DNA of 64,000 nt, from the IMG/VR virus record IMGVR_UViG_3300044645_002525, positions 13,139 to 77,138 of that record; one strand, 5' to 3'. The stretch comes from a virus. Below, in pieces: positions 55,197 through 64,000 of the stretch (positions are counted from its first letter, which is position 1; every line of letters begins with the position of its first letter). Both the position numbers and the translations under genes were made by a program. The notes below the pieces were generated by a model. The model did not search any database. It had not been told where the DNA came from and worked only from the letters and a program-made list of their open reading frames with translations.

Positions 55197-55675
55197 GCAG
55201 CATTGCAACAAAGCCCCCATAAGGGGGCTTTTTCATGCTCAATTGTTTGATGCAGCGGCAGGATGAGCCCTTTCTTCTCGCACCATGCTTCTAATTCCTT
55301 CTGGTCAGTGTGAGCGCTGATAAAGCTATTGCAATACACCCATGCCATCAAAATCTCCTCGCGCTTTTCAGTCCAGAAAGGCTGCACGCGCCACCATTCC
55401 AACAGTGGCAAGTCTCCTTTCCGCAAATTGCAGCTCTTACATGCTGGAATCATGTTCCAACGCGAGAAATGCGGACCGCCTTTGCTCTTTGGAACAATGT
55501 GATCAATCGTAAGCTTTTCTTTCCATTCTCCGCAATATGCACAAGCGCATTGCCCGAATGGTCCTCTCAAGAAATAGTCCTCAAAAATGCTCTTGCGGAA
55601 CCTGCGTTTTGCGTCACCAGGGCGAAGTTCAATGAGAGAATAAAGCAGCTCATCAGGACCATTCGCTCTTGGCAT
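55193..55675 (-). CDS. HNH endonuclease (McrA-like)
   Basis: CAYCG...[13 protein letters not shown]...[10 protein letters not shown]. Confidence 0.85.
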   Translation of the reverse strand: MPRANGPDELLYSLIELRPGDAKRRFRKSIFEDYFLRGPFGQCACAYCGEWKEKLTIDHIVPKSKGGPHFSRWNMIPACKSCNLRKGDLPLLEWWRVQPFWTEKREEILMAWVYCNSFISAHTDQKELEAWCEKKGLILPLHQTIEHEKAPLWGLCCNAA

Positions 55676-55760
55676 GGCACTATTTAGTTGTCTTGTCCAT
55701 AGTTTAACGTTAATTAACAGCTCGCGTTCTTCTATAGAATGAAGGTATTGATCGTTGGCT

Positions 55761-55970
55761 ATGGACAGTTTCAAGGACGGCCTTGCAAATTTCGTAGCCA
55801 CGGTTACGGCTGGCATGCTTCTATCAACTGGAGCTATGCTCATTGCGGTGGGCACTCAACAAGCAAGAGTGGCAGTGCAAATTGAAACCGTCACTGAAAA
55901 GCTCTCCACTCTCACAGACAAGATGAGCGAGATGGAAAATAGAGTCCGTAATCTAGAGATTGAACGCTAG
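55761..55970 (+). CDS. Small membrane-anchored coiled-coil protein in lysis region
   Basis: TM helix followed by RVRNLE coiled coil. Confidence 0.6.
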   Translation: MDSFKDGLANFVATVTAGMLLSTGAMLIAVGTQQARVAVQIETVTEKLSTLTDKMSEMENRVRNLEIER

Positions 55971-56000
55971 GCTATTTATATCCCCATTGCATCTCTCATC

Positions 56001-56144
56001 ATGAGCGGCATTGAATGGTTCGTAATTGGTGGCATTCTTGTTGCTGCCGCCGACCAAATCATCGAACGCACTCCCTACAAGGAAAACAATATCATCCAGC
56101 TTCTGCTGACTGGCCTCAAGGCAATTTTTCGCGTTAAGGACTGA
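56001..56144 (+). CDS. Putative holin-like small protein (47 aa)
   Basis: MSGIEWFVIGGILVAAADQIIERTPYKENNIIQLLL...; read manually; directly before the endolysin. Confidence 0.55.
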   Translation: MSGIEWFVIGGILVAAADQIIERTPYKENNIIQLLLTGLKAIFRVKD

Positions 56145-56147
56145 GCC

Positions 56148-57092
56148 ATGTGGCCTTCTAATCGGGCTTTCTGGGACGAATGCTTCCAGACGGCCCGTAA
56201 ATATGGTGCTCGCTATCCAGAGCTGGTAGCAGCACAATGCTGCTTGGAAAGTGGTTTCGGGAAGCACACGTCTGGCAAACATAACTACATCGGTGCCAAA
56301 GGCGAAGGCACCACTACCACCACTCAGGAATTTTACGATGGTCAGTGGGTGACTATCAAAGCTGGTTTTATTGATTTTCCTAGCCTTGCTGCTTGCATTG
56401 AATACTTAGTCACGCGCTGGTATAAAGACTATCGTCAATTCAAGGGCATTAATCATGCCCCTAATCGTTACGCTGCTGCTCGCATGCTCAAGGAGCAAAG
56501 CTATGCCACTGATCCAGCGTATCCAGCAAAACTGTCTAATCTCATGAAAGAATATGCTCCCGAGAGCACTGTTGTTACTATGATCGGCCCCAAGAAACGT
56601 CCGCAAGATTTTGGCTTCAAGAAAGGCGATTCGCATTTGATTGTGAATGATGCTGTGGAAACCATGAAAGCTTTCTCTTTTGAAGGCAAGCTGCTGTGGG
56701 AAATCCCTTGTCTTGCTCGCGGACAATACAGTGATTTTGAATGGAGGATCACAAATTCTGACACTCCTCCTGGTCTTTATAAAATTGGCGCCATTTACAA
56801 GGACTATGAGAAAGTAGGAGATAAGCCTGCTTATGATCGCACGCTCATGGCTTATGGCTGGTACAGTTTTGACATGATTGAACTAGAGAATCAAGAAGCT
56901 GGCAATGGTAGAGCCGGAATTATGATCCATGGTGGGTCCAGCGCCCTTGGATGGCCTGGAGCTTGGGCACCAAATCAAGCGCTTATGCCAACTATGGGGT
57001 GTTGTAGGTGCAAAAATATTGATTTGCGAGATAAGATTTTACCTCTTGCCGAAAAGGGAACTGTGTATGTAAGCGTTTTTCAAGACGGCTAA
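56148..57092 (+). CDS. Endolysin: GH73 glucosaminidase plus L,D-transpeptidase-like domain
   Basis: AAQCCLESGFG, NYIG.K, YATDP.Y; C-terminal TPPG.Y, IMIHGG...TMGC.R. Confidence 0.85.
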   Translation: MWPSNRAFWDECFQTARKYGARYPELVAAQCCLESGFGKHTSGKHNYIGAKGEGTTTTTQEFYDGQWVTIKAGFIDFPSLAACIEYLVTRWYKDYRQFKGINHAPNRYAAARMLKEQSYATDPAYPAKLSNLMKEYAPESTVVTMIGPKKRPQDFGFKKGDSHLIVNDAVETMKAFSFEGKLLWEIPCLARGQYSDFEWRITNSDTPPGLYKIGAIYKDYEKVGDKPAYDRTLMAYGWYSFDMIELENQEAGNGRAGIMIHGGSSALGWPGAWAPNQALMPTMGCCRCKNIDLRDKILPLAEKGTVYVSVFQDG

Positions 57093-57652
57093 ATATGATT
57101 CCAGCGTTCTCGCCGAATGATCTTTCCAATTGCTTGTATATCGACTCCATACTCTTCCGCAAGCTGCCTGCTATTTGACTTGGTTTTTGAGTAGCGAATA
57201 TATTTTTCCCTTATTTCTAGCACTTGCGTTTCAGTAAGCCTAGCTTGGTGATTTTTTGATCCCCACAAGATAGTTCCATGTCTGTATTTATCATTCGTAT
57301 TTTCCTTCGGCGTACCCCAGCGCAGGTTGTCAATTTTGTTGTTCAATGAATCGCCATCACAATGGCAGCATTCCATTCCCGCAGGACGCGCACAATCAAA
57401 AGACTCCAACACTAAATGTGCCACGTACCTCGTGCGGTTTTTGCTGCCATCAAGAAGTGGCAATCCCACTATTGCATATTGCCCATATTTGTTCTTTCTA
57501 ATAGAAATGGACAAAATTTTACCTTTAAACCTCTTGAGCAATCCATTTTTGTCCCGCAAGGCTCGGTCAAGACTCCTGACGCGCCCTTGATCGCTCACCT
57601 CGTAAACTCCCTCGTATCCAGCGATGGGCCGCCATTCTTCTATGATTGACAT
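57089..57652 (-). CDS. NUMOD4-HNH homing endonuclease
   Basis: EEWRPIAGYEGVYEVSDQGRVRS; CHCDGDSLNNKIDNLRWGT. Confidence 0.92.
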   Translation of the reverse strand: MSIIEEWRPIAGYEGVYEVSDQGRVRSLDRALRDKNGLLKRFKGKILSISIRKNKYGQYAIVGLPLLDGSKNRTRYVAHLVLESFDCARPAGMECCHCDGDSLNNKIDNLRWGTPKENTNDKYRHGTILWGSKNHQARLTETQVLEIREKYIRYSKTKSNSRQLAEEYGVDIQAIGKIIRRERWNHI

Positions 57653-57745
57653 GATGCCTAGTCTCCTTAGGTGTCCGTGGGCAGGGAATTGCAGTTCCGC
57701 TGCCTTTTCATCTTATCTCAAAAATTCGCCATTCGCAAATAGCAA

Positions 57746-58150
57746 ATGAACTGGCAGTCTTGGTTTAATGCACTCTGCTACGAACTAGGCTTGTGGGCCG
57801 TTGTGAAACGGCCTTCCCTTGCTTTTAAACCATGGTTCAAAATGCTCATGGCTCATTGCAGGCCTGACTGGGCAGAGTGGAAAACCAAGGAGGTGATGCA
57901 GAAAGTAGACCAGCAAGCAAAGACGTTGGTCAGGCAATGGGAGCAAGAGGAAAAGGAAACAAAAGCAAACGCTCTGGCCGAACAAGCCCACAAGCTTTTC
58001 CCTGATGCCATCGTCACGCCTCTTCCTAATGCCATTGTCCCGTCAGTGCTCATTGAAACAGCCCCACCAGCAGATGCCAGCGAGGCTGTGAAGGCACTAG
58101 GAGGGGAACTGCGAATCACCTATCGCTTGCCAGACCAAGGAGAGTCCTGA
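57746..58150 (+). CDS. Hypothetical protein
   Basis: 134 aa ORF. Confidence 0.6.
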   Translation: MNWQSWFNALCYELGLWAVVKRPSLAFKPWFKMLMAHCRPDWAEWKTKEVMQKVDQQAKTLVRQWEQEEKETKANALAEQAHKLFPDAIVTPLPNAIVPSVLIETAPPADASEAVKALGGELRITYRLPDQGES

Positions 58151-58340
58151 GGCGCTTCCATTTAGCAAGCTCCTTCTCGTGGTAGTCCTCCCACGAAGCA
58201 ATGGTTTCACTAAGAGCCTTGCAGGCTATAGCCGGATCATCGTCCGTTAGCAGCTCTGCAAGAATGTCGGAGAGACCCTCGGTCTGCTGCTTGTACCATT
58301 CGCCCTCTGCAATAAAAGGGAAGGCCATGGGAAGGGGCAT
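58116..58340 (-). CDS. Hypothetical protein
   Basis: 74 aa helical ORF. Confidence 0.55.
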   Translation of the reverse strand: MPLPMAFPFIAEGEWYKQQTEGLSDILAELLTDDDPAIACKALSETIASWEDYHEKELAKWKRLRTLLGLASDR

Positions 58341-58354
58341 ATTGCCCCCATAGC

Positions 58355-59578
58355 TTAAGTGATTTCCACCCAGCCGATCATGCCAAGTGCTTTAGCGCTG
58401 ACTGCACTGTCGACGGTCAAGATGAGAGTGTCGCTTTCGCCAGAGGCATTTTGTCCTAAGGCAAGACGAATGGCCACGGCAATGTCGTAATTATTCGCAC
58501 TGCCTTGGCTTACAAAGCCTGCATCGACCACTGTGCCGCCGGTAGCAGTGCCACTAGTTGTCACTTCCACATTGCCCCTTTGATTGTCAGCAGCACTCCA
58601 CACCACTCCACTAAGCGTTGGATTTAAACGCAAACGCCACAACACCACATCACTAGAAGCAGTGGCAGTCGAAATCCTCACAGGCAGAATGACATTACCA
58701 GTGCGGCCACTTGCCATGCGGATACCAGCAGTGATGCGCTCTCCAGATGTGTTTGGAACAGTGTTTAAATCGTGATTCACTGAATACACGGCACCATCTG
58801 GCTCGTATCCCCCCTCGCTAAGAATGCTGCTACAAATTTGCTTCATAGTGCGTCCTGAAGCTTGAGCAGAAGCATTGTGAATGCGATAGGACAATGGCAA
58901 AATAGCCGTTGTCATATATGCGCTAGTTAATGTGTTGTAATGATTGAATTCATGGCAATAAATGATCTCGCCGTTGATTACAAAACCAGCCCTCACTCGC
59001 CCTACGCCAAGCCATTCAAGATCGGCGGTGAAAATCTGAGCCTTAGAGAAGTCGAGCGAATCAAGAGTGTTAATGTTCCACGCTGATTGATCAACCACGT
59101 TTTCAACAACTGCGCCAGATGTGAAGCTTCTGATGACCATTTGCAACGTAGTGCCACTTGCCCTAATCATCACTCCATTCTGATCATCAAAGAAGCCCAC
59201 TTCTTGAATGAGACCAGAGACGGGCGTGGTGCCAGCAAAGCTTTGCATGATCATCATGCTCTTTCCTGGTTGGTACGGGAAGTATTGCTTAGTTCTGCGC
59301 AGCACCGTATCTCCAGACGCAGTGGTGGTCGTCAAAGCGGTGCTGCTTTCGTTTGTTAAATACGTGACCACGCCTCCATTGGAAATGCGATCAAACCATT
59401 GGTCAGCACGCTTGCTGTAACGCATTGTGCTATCAAAAAGCGTATAGGGAGCGCTAGTGCGAGCACGTCCAAAAGCATCCACTGCGCCACTGTCAGGACC
59501 GGTCTTTAAAATCTGCCCGCGATAATCAGCTTGAATGTGAGTTTCAAACTGTTCGCCCCCAGCAATTATTTGTCCCAT
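58355..59578 (-). CDS. Putative virion structural protein (beta-rich)
   Basis: DAFGR.RTS..TLFDS, YQPGKS, DLEWLGVGRVR motifs; position near tail fibre genes. Confidence 0.65.
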   Translation of the reverse strand: MGQIIAGGEQFETHIQADYRGQILKTGPDSGAVDAFGRARTSAPYTLFDSTMRYSKRADQWFDRISNGGVVTYLTNESSTALTTTTASGDTVLRRTKQYFPYQPGKSMMIMQSFAGTTPVSGLIQEVGFFDDQNGVMIRASGTTLQMVIRSFTSGAVVENVVDQSAWNINTLDSLDFSKAQIFTADLEWLGVGRVRAGFVINGEIIYCHEFNHYNTLTSAYMTTAILPLSYRIHNASAQASGRTMKQICSSILSEGGYEPDGAVYSVNHDLNTVPNTSGERITAGIRMASGRTGNVILPVRISTATASSDVVLWRLRLNPTLSGVVWSAADNQRGNVEVTTSGTATGGTVVDAGFVSQGSANNYDIAVAIRLALGQNASGESDTLILTVDSAVSAKALGMIGWVEIT

Positions 59579-59638
59579 AGAAAAGAATGCTTTCCTTCAT
59601 TGTACTAGCAAAAGAAAAGAGGCCTTTCGGCCTCTTGA

Positions 59639-59770
59639 TTATTTGCCTTGTCCTCTTAGAAGCTTTCGCCCGTGAGAAGCTTTGCTATTCGCTCCATTGC
59701 CTTGGCGCGTGCGCTTGCTTTTGTTTGGCTGATGAAGCTTTTGCCCGTTAATGGTTTTGTTTGATGCCAT
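59639..59770 (-). CDS. Small basic protein (43 aa)
   Basis: MASNKT...KRTRQGNG...RGQGK; read manually. Confidence 0.6.
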   Translation of the reverse strand: MASNKTINGQKLHQPNKSKRTRQGNGANSKASHGRKLLRGQGK

Positions 59771-60081
59771 CAGCTCCAGGGCACTCCAGTGCCAGTGGTG
59801 GGAGTGCGCTGTTGTTCGATTTGTGCGGCGAGGGCAGCTTCAATTTCTGCCACTTTCTCATCGCCAAACTTGTCTTTCACCCAGCCAGTGACAATTTCGG
59901 GCGTGAGCTGAGCATAGGGGATGGCATCGTCTTCGTCGGGGGCTTCAAGACCAAGACTGCCATAGGCCGAGCTGGCATAAGTGCCATCATCGGCAGAAAT
60001 TGTATAGTGAACCGTGTAGACGATTCCATCAGCAAGTTGGCGCTCAAGATTAGCGACGCCCCATTGGTAAGTGATTGCCAT
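59770..60081 (-). CDS. Tail fibre-associated small protein
   Basis: W.V.NLER...DG.V.TVHY...IPY..LT.E.V.GW...GVPW. Confidence 0.7.
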   Translation of the reverse strand: MAITYQWGVANLERQLADGIVYTVHYTISADDGTYASSAYGSLGLEAPDEDDAIPYAQLTPEIVTGWVKDKFGDEKVAEIEAALAAQIEQQRTPTTGTGVPWS

Positions 60082-60180
60082 GATTAAAAAGAATGGTCTT
60101 TGCTAGTTTAACAATGGAAAAGAAAGCGGCTTCTTCGGGAAACCGCCAAGCAGAGAAGAGTCAAAGCCTTCTGGCTCTGG

Positions 60181-60444
60181 CTAAAGAATTGACAAGCCGC
60201 CCTTGTGATCCAGCCCCACTGTAAGAAAAACAGTGCGAGTCGTCTTAATGTCGCCCATGCTTTTCTTGAACTCTTCAGTTTCTTTTTCGGGATACTTTGG
60301 TTCGTACTGCATGGTTTCCGGGTTCAAACGATTGCACTCGGCATCACCAAGGTGGTAGGTGTTGAGTGCTGCTTGTGCTTCTTTGATCTGCTCAGAGTCA
60401 AGACAAAACGACACTGGCACCTTAAAGGTTGCAATTAAATTCAT
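60181..60444 (-). CDS. Hypothetical protein
   Basis: 87 aa ORF. Confidence 0.5.
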   Translation of the reverse strand: MNLIATFKVPVSFCLDSEQIKEAQAALNTYHLGDAECNRLNPETMQYEPKYPEKETEEFKKSMGDIKTTRTVFLTVGLDHKGGLSIL

Positions 60445-60580
60445 GGTTACTAGAGCAAGTGACTTGTCGCCTATAATAAAATTTCACCCAGTGGCGTCAC
60501 GATGCTGCTGCACCCTCAGGTTTAGGTCTGGGGGCAATTTAATGCTTTCCCAGACCCAGAGGAGAAGGGGGTGACGACGC

Positions 60581-61081
60581 TTAGCTTCGTGCAAACTCGC
60601 CGTGCAATTCCTTGCGCAGCTTATCAACGGCAGCGATGGCGTCTTCCTTGTTATCAAAATAACCGCCTGAATAGACCTTGTAATCAAGCGTGATACATGC
60701 GTGCCACTTGTTCTTCTTCCAAGTTACGCCTTTGACGCCTGACTTGCTATCAAAACGCACGCGGCGGTTCATGCAATTCTGTGAATGAGTTGCAGCCCGC
60801 AAGTTTTCGATGCGGTTGTCGAGCACGTCGCCGTTGATGTGGTCAATAAAATCCACGGGGACATTGCCGTGCATTGTCCAAACTATGCGATGGACAGCGT
60901 ACAGCTTGTACATGTATTTGATCCGGCGGTAGCCATCGCGGTTGATGGCACCAGCCGGTCGCCCAATCTGACGACTCCTTCCGCGCTGCTTCCAGAAAAG
61001 TTCTCCATCCCTGTATTCAAACAGGATGTTGGCTTCCTCGCACGACAAGTCGTTGTTGCGAGGGTAGGATTGATTCGTCAT
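60581..61081 (-). CDS. HNH homing endonuclease with AP2 domain
   Basis: HRIVW..H...IDHINGD..DNRIENLR...SGVKGV.W...HGEFA. Confidence 0.92.
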   Translation of the reverse strand: MTNQSYPRNNDLSCEEANILFEYRDGELFWKQRGRSRQIGRPAGAINRDGYRRIKYMYKLYAVHRIVWTMHGNVPVDFIDHINGDVLDNRIENLRAATHSQNCMNRRVRFDSKSGVKGVTWKKNKWHACITLDYKVYSGGYFDNKEDAIAAVDKLRKELHGEFARS

Positions 61082-61144
61082 CGTTGTTAGGAACGTTGGC
61101 CAGGGGTGGGAGCCGCAAACTCGCCACCCCACAATCTTAACTAC

Positions 61145-63298
61145 TTAGATGCCTGCCGCAGTTAGACGAGCCTCAAGACTTTCGATTTTGGCAACAGCTT
61201 CCTGCAGTGCCTTGACTAAGCGTGCTTCCGTTTTACTCCAGCCAGTAACGGATAAGTACTGGTTTTCATCGGTACCAGCGGAAACAGCATCCGGATAGAT
61301 TTTTTGAAGCTCTTGCGCAATGAATCCGATTTGATGACCGCCCCCCTCGCTTTCAACGTAATCAAACTCAACTGGGCGCAAAGAACAGAGTTTCTCTAGC
61401 TGGCTTGGCAGATTTTGAATGTTTTCTTTTAGTCGAACATCGGAAGTAGAAGCAAATGCAGCTTGATTTGCGCCGTTTGCAACAATGCGCCCAGACGCTG
61501 CAGCTCCATCATTGATATTAAACTGTACAAAATACTGAGAAGAAGTTGTATTGTTGTCAAACTTGGTTATGTTTAGCTGTGAAACAGAAACGTCTCCTGC
61601 TCCACCGGGTAGAAGCGTTAATGCTTGTCCGCCACCGCTCGATGCTTTTATGGCGGTTCTAACACCTAAACTTGGCGAAACGCCAATGCCAACTTGACCG
61701 GCAGAGTCAATCCTCATCCGCTCCGTCGGAGAACTCGCCCCATCCGCAGTAGTGGAGAACACTAGGCGGCCTGGATGACTAGATCCAGCAGTCCAAGTCC
61801 CTCCATCCCTTTGTGCCTGTATCCACGCAGCACTTACATGCATGGCATCGCCAAACATGATATAGCCGAGGTCTTCTGTTGAAGTTGGTCCACTTGTGGT
61901 TGTGCAACAACGCAACACACCAGGGCCAGACGTGCCGCTGTATCCCTGGAGGAGGAGTGTTGTATTGCTAGACGTACTGGACGTACCAACTAAGAGCCTG
62001 CCGGAGTTATCAATGCGAACCTTTTCGCTTGAATTATTTGTGTACCAGATGTGTTCGCCTACGTATCCTTGCGTGGCCGCCCCAGTTATCTTGTATGCGT
62101 TTTGAGCCGTATTAAAGGCGTCACTTCCTCTTGCTACTCCAAAGTCCCCATTGATAGAACTTACACTCCAGTTTTTGTAGTCCGTTGCAGCGTTCGTATC
62201 GGTAAGCCACAACAGGCCGCCGTTGTTTGGAAAAGCATTTGCAGATGAGCCGGCAAGTCGCAATACGCCCCTAGCGTCAGTAGTGCCAATCCCTACACGG
62301 CCTGAGGGAAATACCGTGTCATAGCCGCTTCTGGGTACGATCTGAAAGTGTCCAGTACTTGGATTAGAGCTAATGGTCGCATCTGTTCCATGTGATCCAT
62401 CGTGCCCAAAATAAATAGTGGGCGTGGATCCGCCTGTGCCATACAAGTAAATGCCATCGGTAGCTTCAGTTCCAACATTAACTACAAGCTTATTGCTAAC
62501 GCTACTAGTCCCTATGCCTACGAGCCCTGCCGAGGTGATGCGCAGGCGTTCGCTGCCATTGGTATAGAACGTTTGAAAGCCGCCCCAAGTAGCAAAACCT
62601 GATTCAGTTCTCAGTTCGCCAGAGCTTGGCTGAAATCCCATCCCGCTGTAATCAATGTTGTCGCCGGCAATGCCAAATCGAATACCACGGAAGTTTGCGT
62701 TGAATGCGGATGTCGTTGAAACTTTGATTTCTGGAGACGTGCTATTGGCTGAAGTCCCAGAAAACTCAACAATAGTATTAGTTCCGGTTGCGGCTGCACC
62801 GTTTGTGGTTATTTTCCCACTTGCATCAATAAACAACCTCCCAGCCCCACCAGTGCTGATGGCTACTTGGTCTGCGCCGGGGGAGTACAGTCCAGTATTT
62901 GCGTCCCCGCTAAAAAATAGTCCTGGCGTGGAAGCGCTGCCCGCAATGATACCCAAAGCGCCAGTCATCGTGTCGCCAGTTGTGTTTACGAACTCGCCAG
63001 CTTCACTACGCCATGCACCGCCGTCCCAAATCTTAAAGACATAAGTGCCGCCACTAGTATCAAGCCATTGCTCGCCAAGGCTATTACCAGCAGTACCGCC
63101 GCTTGCAGGGCTGACATTCGGAGCCGTTGCCCCTACATGCACAGGCCCTACTTTTACTAAATTACCATTCGTATCCTTGAAGAAAGCGCCAGGACTGCCA
63201 CTTGCATAGTTAATGGCAACTTGCCCATCAACCATGGAAGCAGGATTAGGACGCTTGTTAAGCGTCGATGAACGCAGATGCTGAAGAACACCAGCCAT
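61145..63298 (-). CDS. Tail fibre protein with C-terminal intramolecular chaperone (peptidase S74)
   Basis: Repeated ER.RI.S.G.VGIGT units; SDVRLKENI, GFIAQE, LVKALQE. Confidence 0.9.
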   Translation of the reverse strand: MAGVLQHLRSSTLNKRPNPASMVDGQVAINYASGSPGAFFKDTNGNLVKVGPVHVGATAPNVSPASGGTAGNSLGEQWLDTSGGTYVFKIWDGGAWRSEAGEFVNTTGDTMTGALGIIAGSASTPGLFFSGDANTGLYSPGADQVAISTGGAGRLFIDASGKITTNGAAATGTNTIVEFSGTSANSTSPEIKVSTTSAFNANFRGIRFGIAGDNIDYSGMGFQPSSGELRTESGFATWGGFQTFYTNGSERLRITSAGLVGIGTSSVSNKLVVNVGTEATDGIYLYGTGGSTPTIYFGHDGSHGTDATISSNPSTGHFQIVPRSGYDTVFPSGRVGIGTTDARGVLRLAGSSANAFPNNGGLLWLTDTNAATDYKNWSVSSINGDFGVARGSDAFNTAQNAYKITGAATQGYVGEHIWYTNNSSEKVRIDNSGRLLVGTSSTSSNTTLLLQGYSGTSGPGVLRCCTTTSGPTSTEDLGYIMFGDAMHVSAAWIQAQRDGGTWTAGSSHPGRLVFSTTADGASSPTERMRIDSAGQVGIGVSPSLGVRTAIKASSGGGQALTLLPGGAGDVSVSQLNITKFDNNTTSSQYFVQFNINDGAAASGRIVANGANQAAFASTSDVRLKENIQNLPSQLEKLCSLRPVEFDYVESEGGGHQIGFIAQELQKIYPDAVSAGTDENQYLSVTGWSKTEARLVKALQEAVAKIESLEARLTAAGI

Positions 63299-63370
63299 GA
63301 TTAAAGCCTTTCGGAATTACAGAAGACTAATTAGTCTTTTGCAATTCTAAAAGGCTTTCTTTTCTAGTGA

Positions 63371-64000
63371 TTAGAACGTTCCTTCGTCAACAATGGCATC
63401 AATGGTGCCAGCGGAGAAGTTGCCACTACTATCGCGGGCAACAATAGCGTTGGCAGTGTTAGCGCTAGTGGCAGTGGTAGCACTGTTGCTAACTTTTCCT
63501 GCGGTGGAAATAGTCGAAAGTTTAGTGTCAGCAATGCTGCCAGCAAGCATCGTATTGGTAACAGTGCCAGTGTCGCCAGTGGTGATGATGGTGCCAGTTG
63601 TGTCTGGAAGCGTAACCACTTTGTCAGAAGTGGCATCAGCAGCAGCAAGTTGAATTTCAAACGTGTTGTCAGTGGAGCCTTCAAACAACAGCGTGCCAGC
63701 ACTGCCAATGACCACTTCACCAGTGATAGTGCCACCAGCCTTGGGTAATGCAGCATTGGCCAAGTCAAACGCACTCTTCACTGCAGTGGCAGTAGCGGCA
63801 AGCGTAGAACTTGTAGTGGACGTGCTATCAGTAAGAATGACAGTACCACGCACGCTTGTCGTAGCGTCAGGAATGGAAATAACTGGCGTAGTAGAACCAC
63901 TAACAACAGTGAGAGGAGCGTTCACACTTACTGACAGAACAGTGCCACTTGCAGGCGTCGCCCACCTCACACCAGTGCCAAGTGCCGAATCAGCCGTCAG
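63371..64000 (-). CDS. Tail fibre/baseplate-associated structural protein (5' end outside window)
   Basis: A/T/S/G-rich; DATTS..G...L...AATATAVK.A.DLA tail-fibre repeat. Confidence 0.75.
   Translation of the reverse strand: MTADSALGTGVRWATPASGTVLSVSVNAPLTVVSGSTTPVISIPDATTSVRGTVILTDSTSTTSSTLAATATAVKSAFDLANAALPKAGGTITGEVVIGSAGTLLFEGSTDNTFEIQLAAADATSDKVVTLPDTTGTIITTGDTGTVTNTMLAGSIADTKLSTISTAGKVSNSATTATSANTANAIVARDSSGNFSAGTIDAIVDEGTF

Noticed and set aside
61145-63298. Diversity-generating retroelement acting on the tail fibre
   Set aside because: No reverse transcriptase and no template/variable repeat pair noticed in the window.

Overview
Most of the genome of a tailed dsDNA cyanophage, probably a siphovirus (tail tube, G/GT chaperone and tape measure genes, no sheath gene seen). 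The cyanobacterial host is inferred from a CP12-like gene, a glutamine-II riboswitch upstream of DUF4278 and a compact cyanophage-type class I RNR. Layout: 1-21 kb minus-strand tail and head module (DUF2184 capsid, DUF2213 protease/scaffold, gpF-like protein, DUF1073 portal) interrupted by a glycosyltransferase/sugar-modification cluster; 21-28 kb terminase, CP12-like gene, tRNA/ncRNA cluster, phosphoesterase and RNR; 29-33 kb largely non-coding, repeat-rich segment; 33-47 kb small early-type genes and a primase-helicase; 47-57 kb recombination, nucleotide metabolism (SSAP, exonuclease, SSB, dcd, thyX) and lysis; 58-64 kb tail fibre genes. About nine free-standing HNH/GIY-YIG nuclease genes are scattered through it. 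No DNA polymerase, RNA polymerase, sigma factor or integrase was recognised in the window. Best candidates for novelty: (1) a promoter- and terminator-bounded ~200-nt RNA resembling cyanobacterial 6S RNA (39969-40172); (2) repeated early terminator/promoter cassettes carrying HLR1 (RpaB-type) direct repeats at near-fixed spacing; (3) a dnaX-style -1 frameshift signal in a head-module gene; (4) tRNA-like ncRNAs, one with two tandem T-arms; (5) a conserved hairpin leader on four HNH genes. All family assignments are from motif recognition by eye, not database searches.
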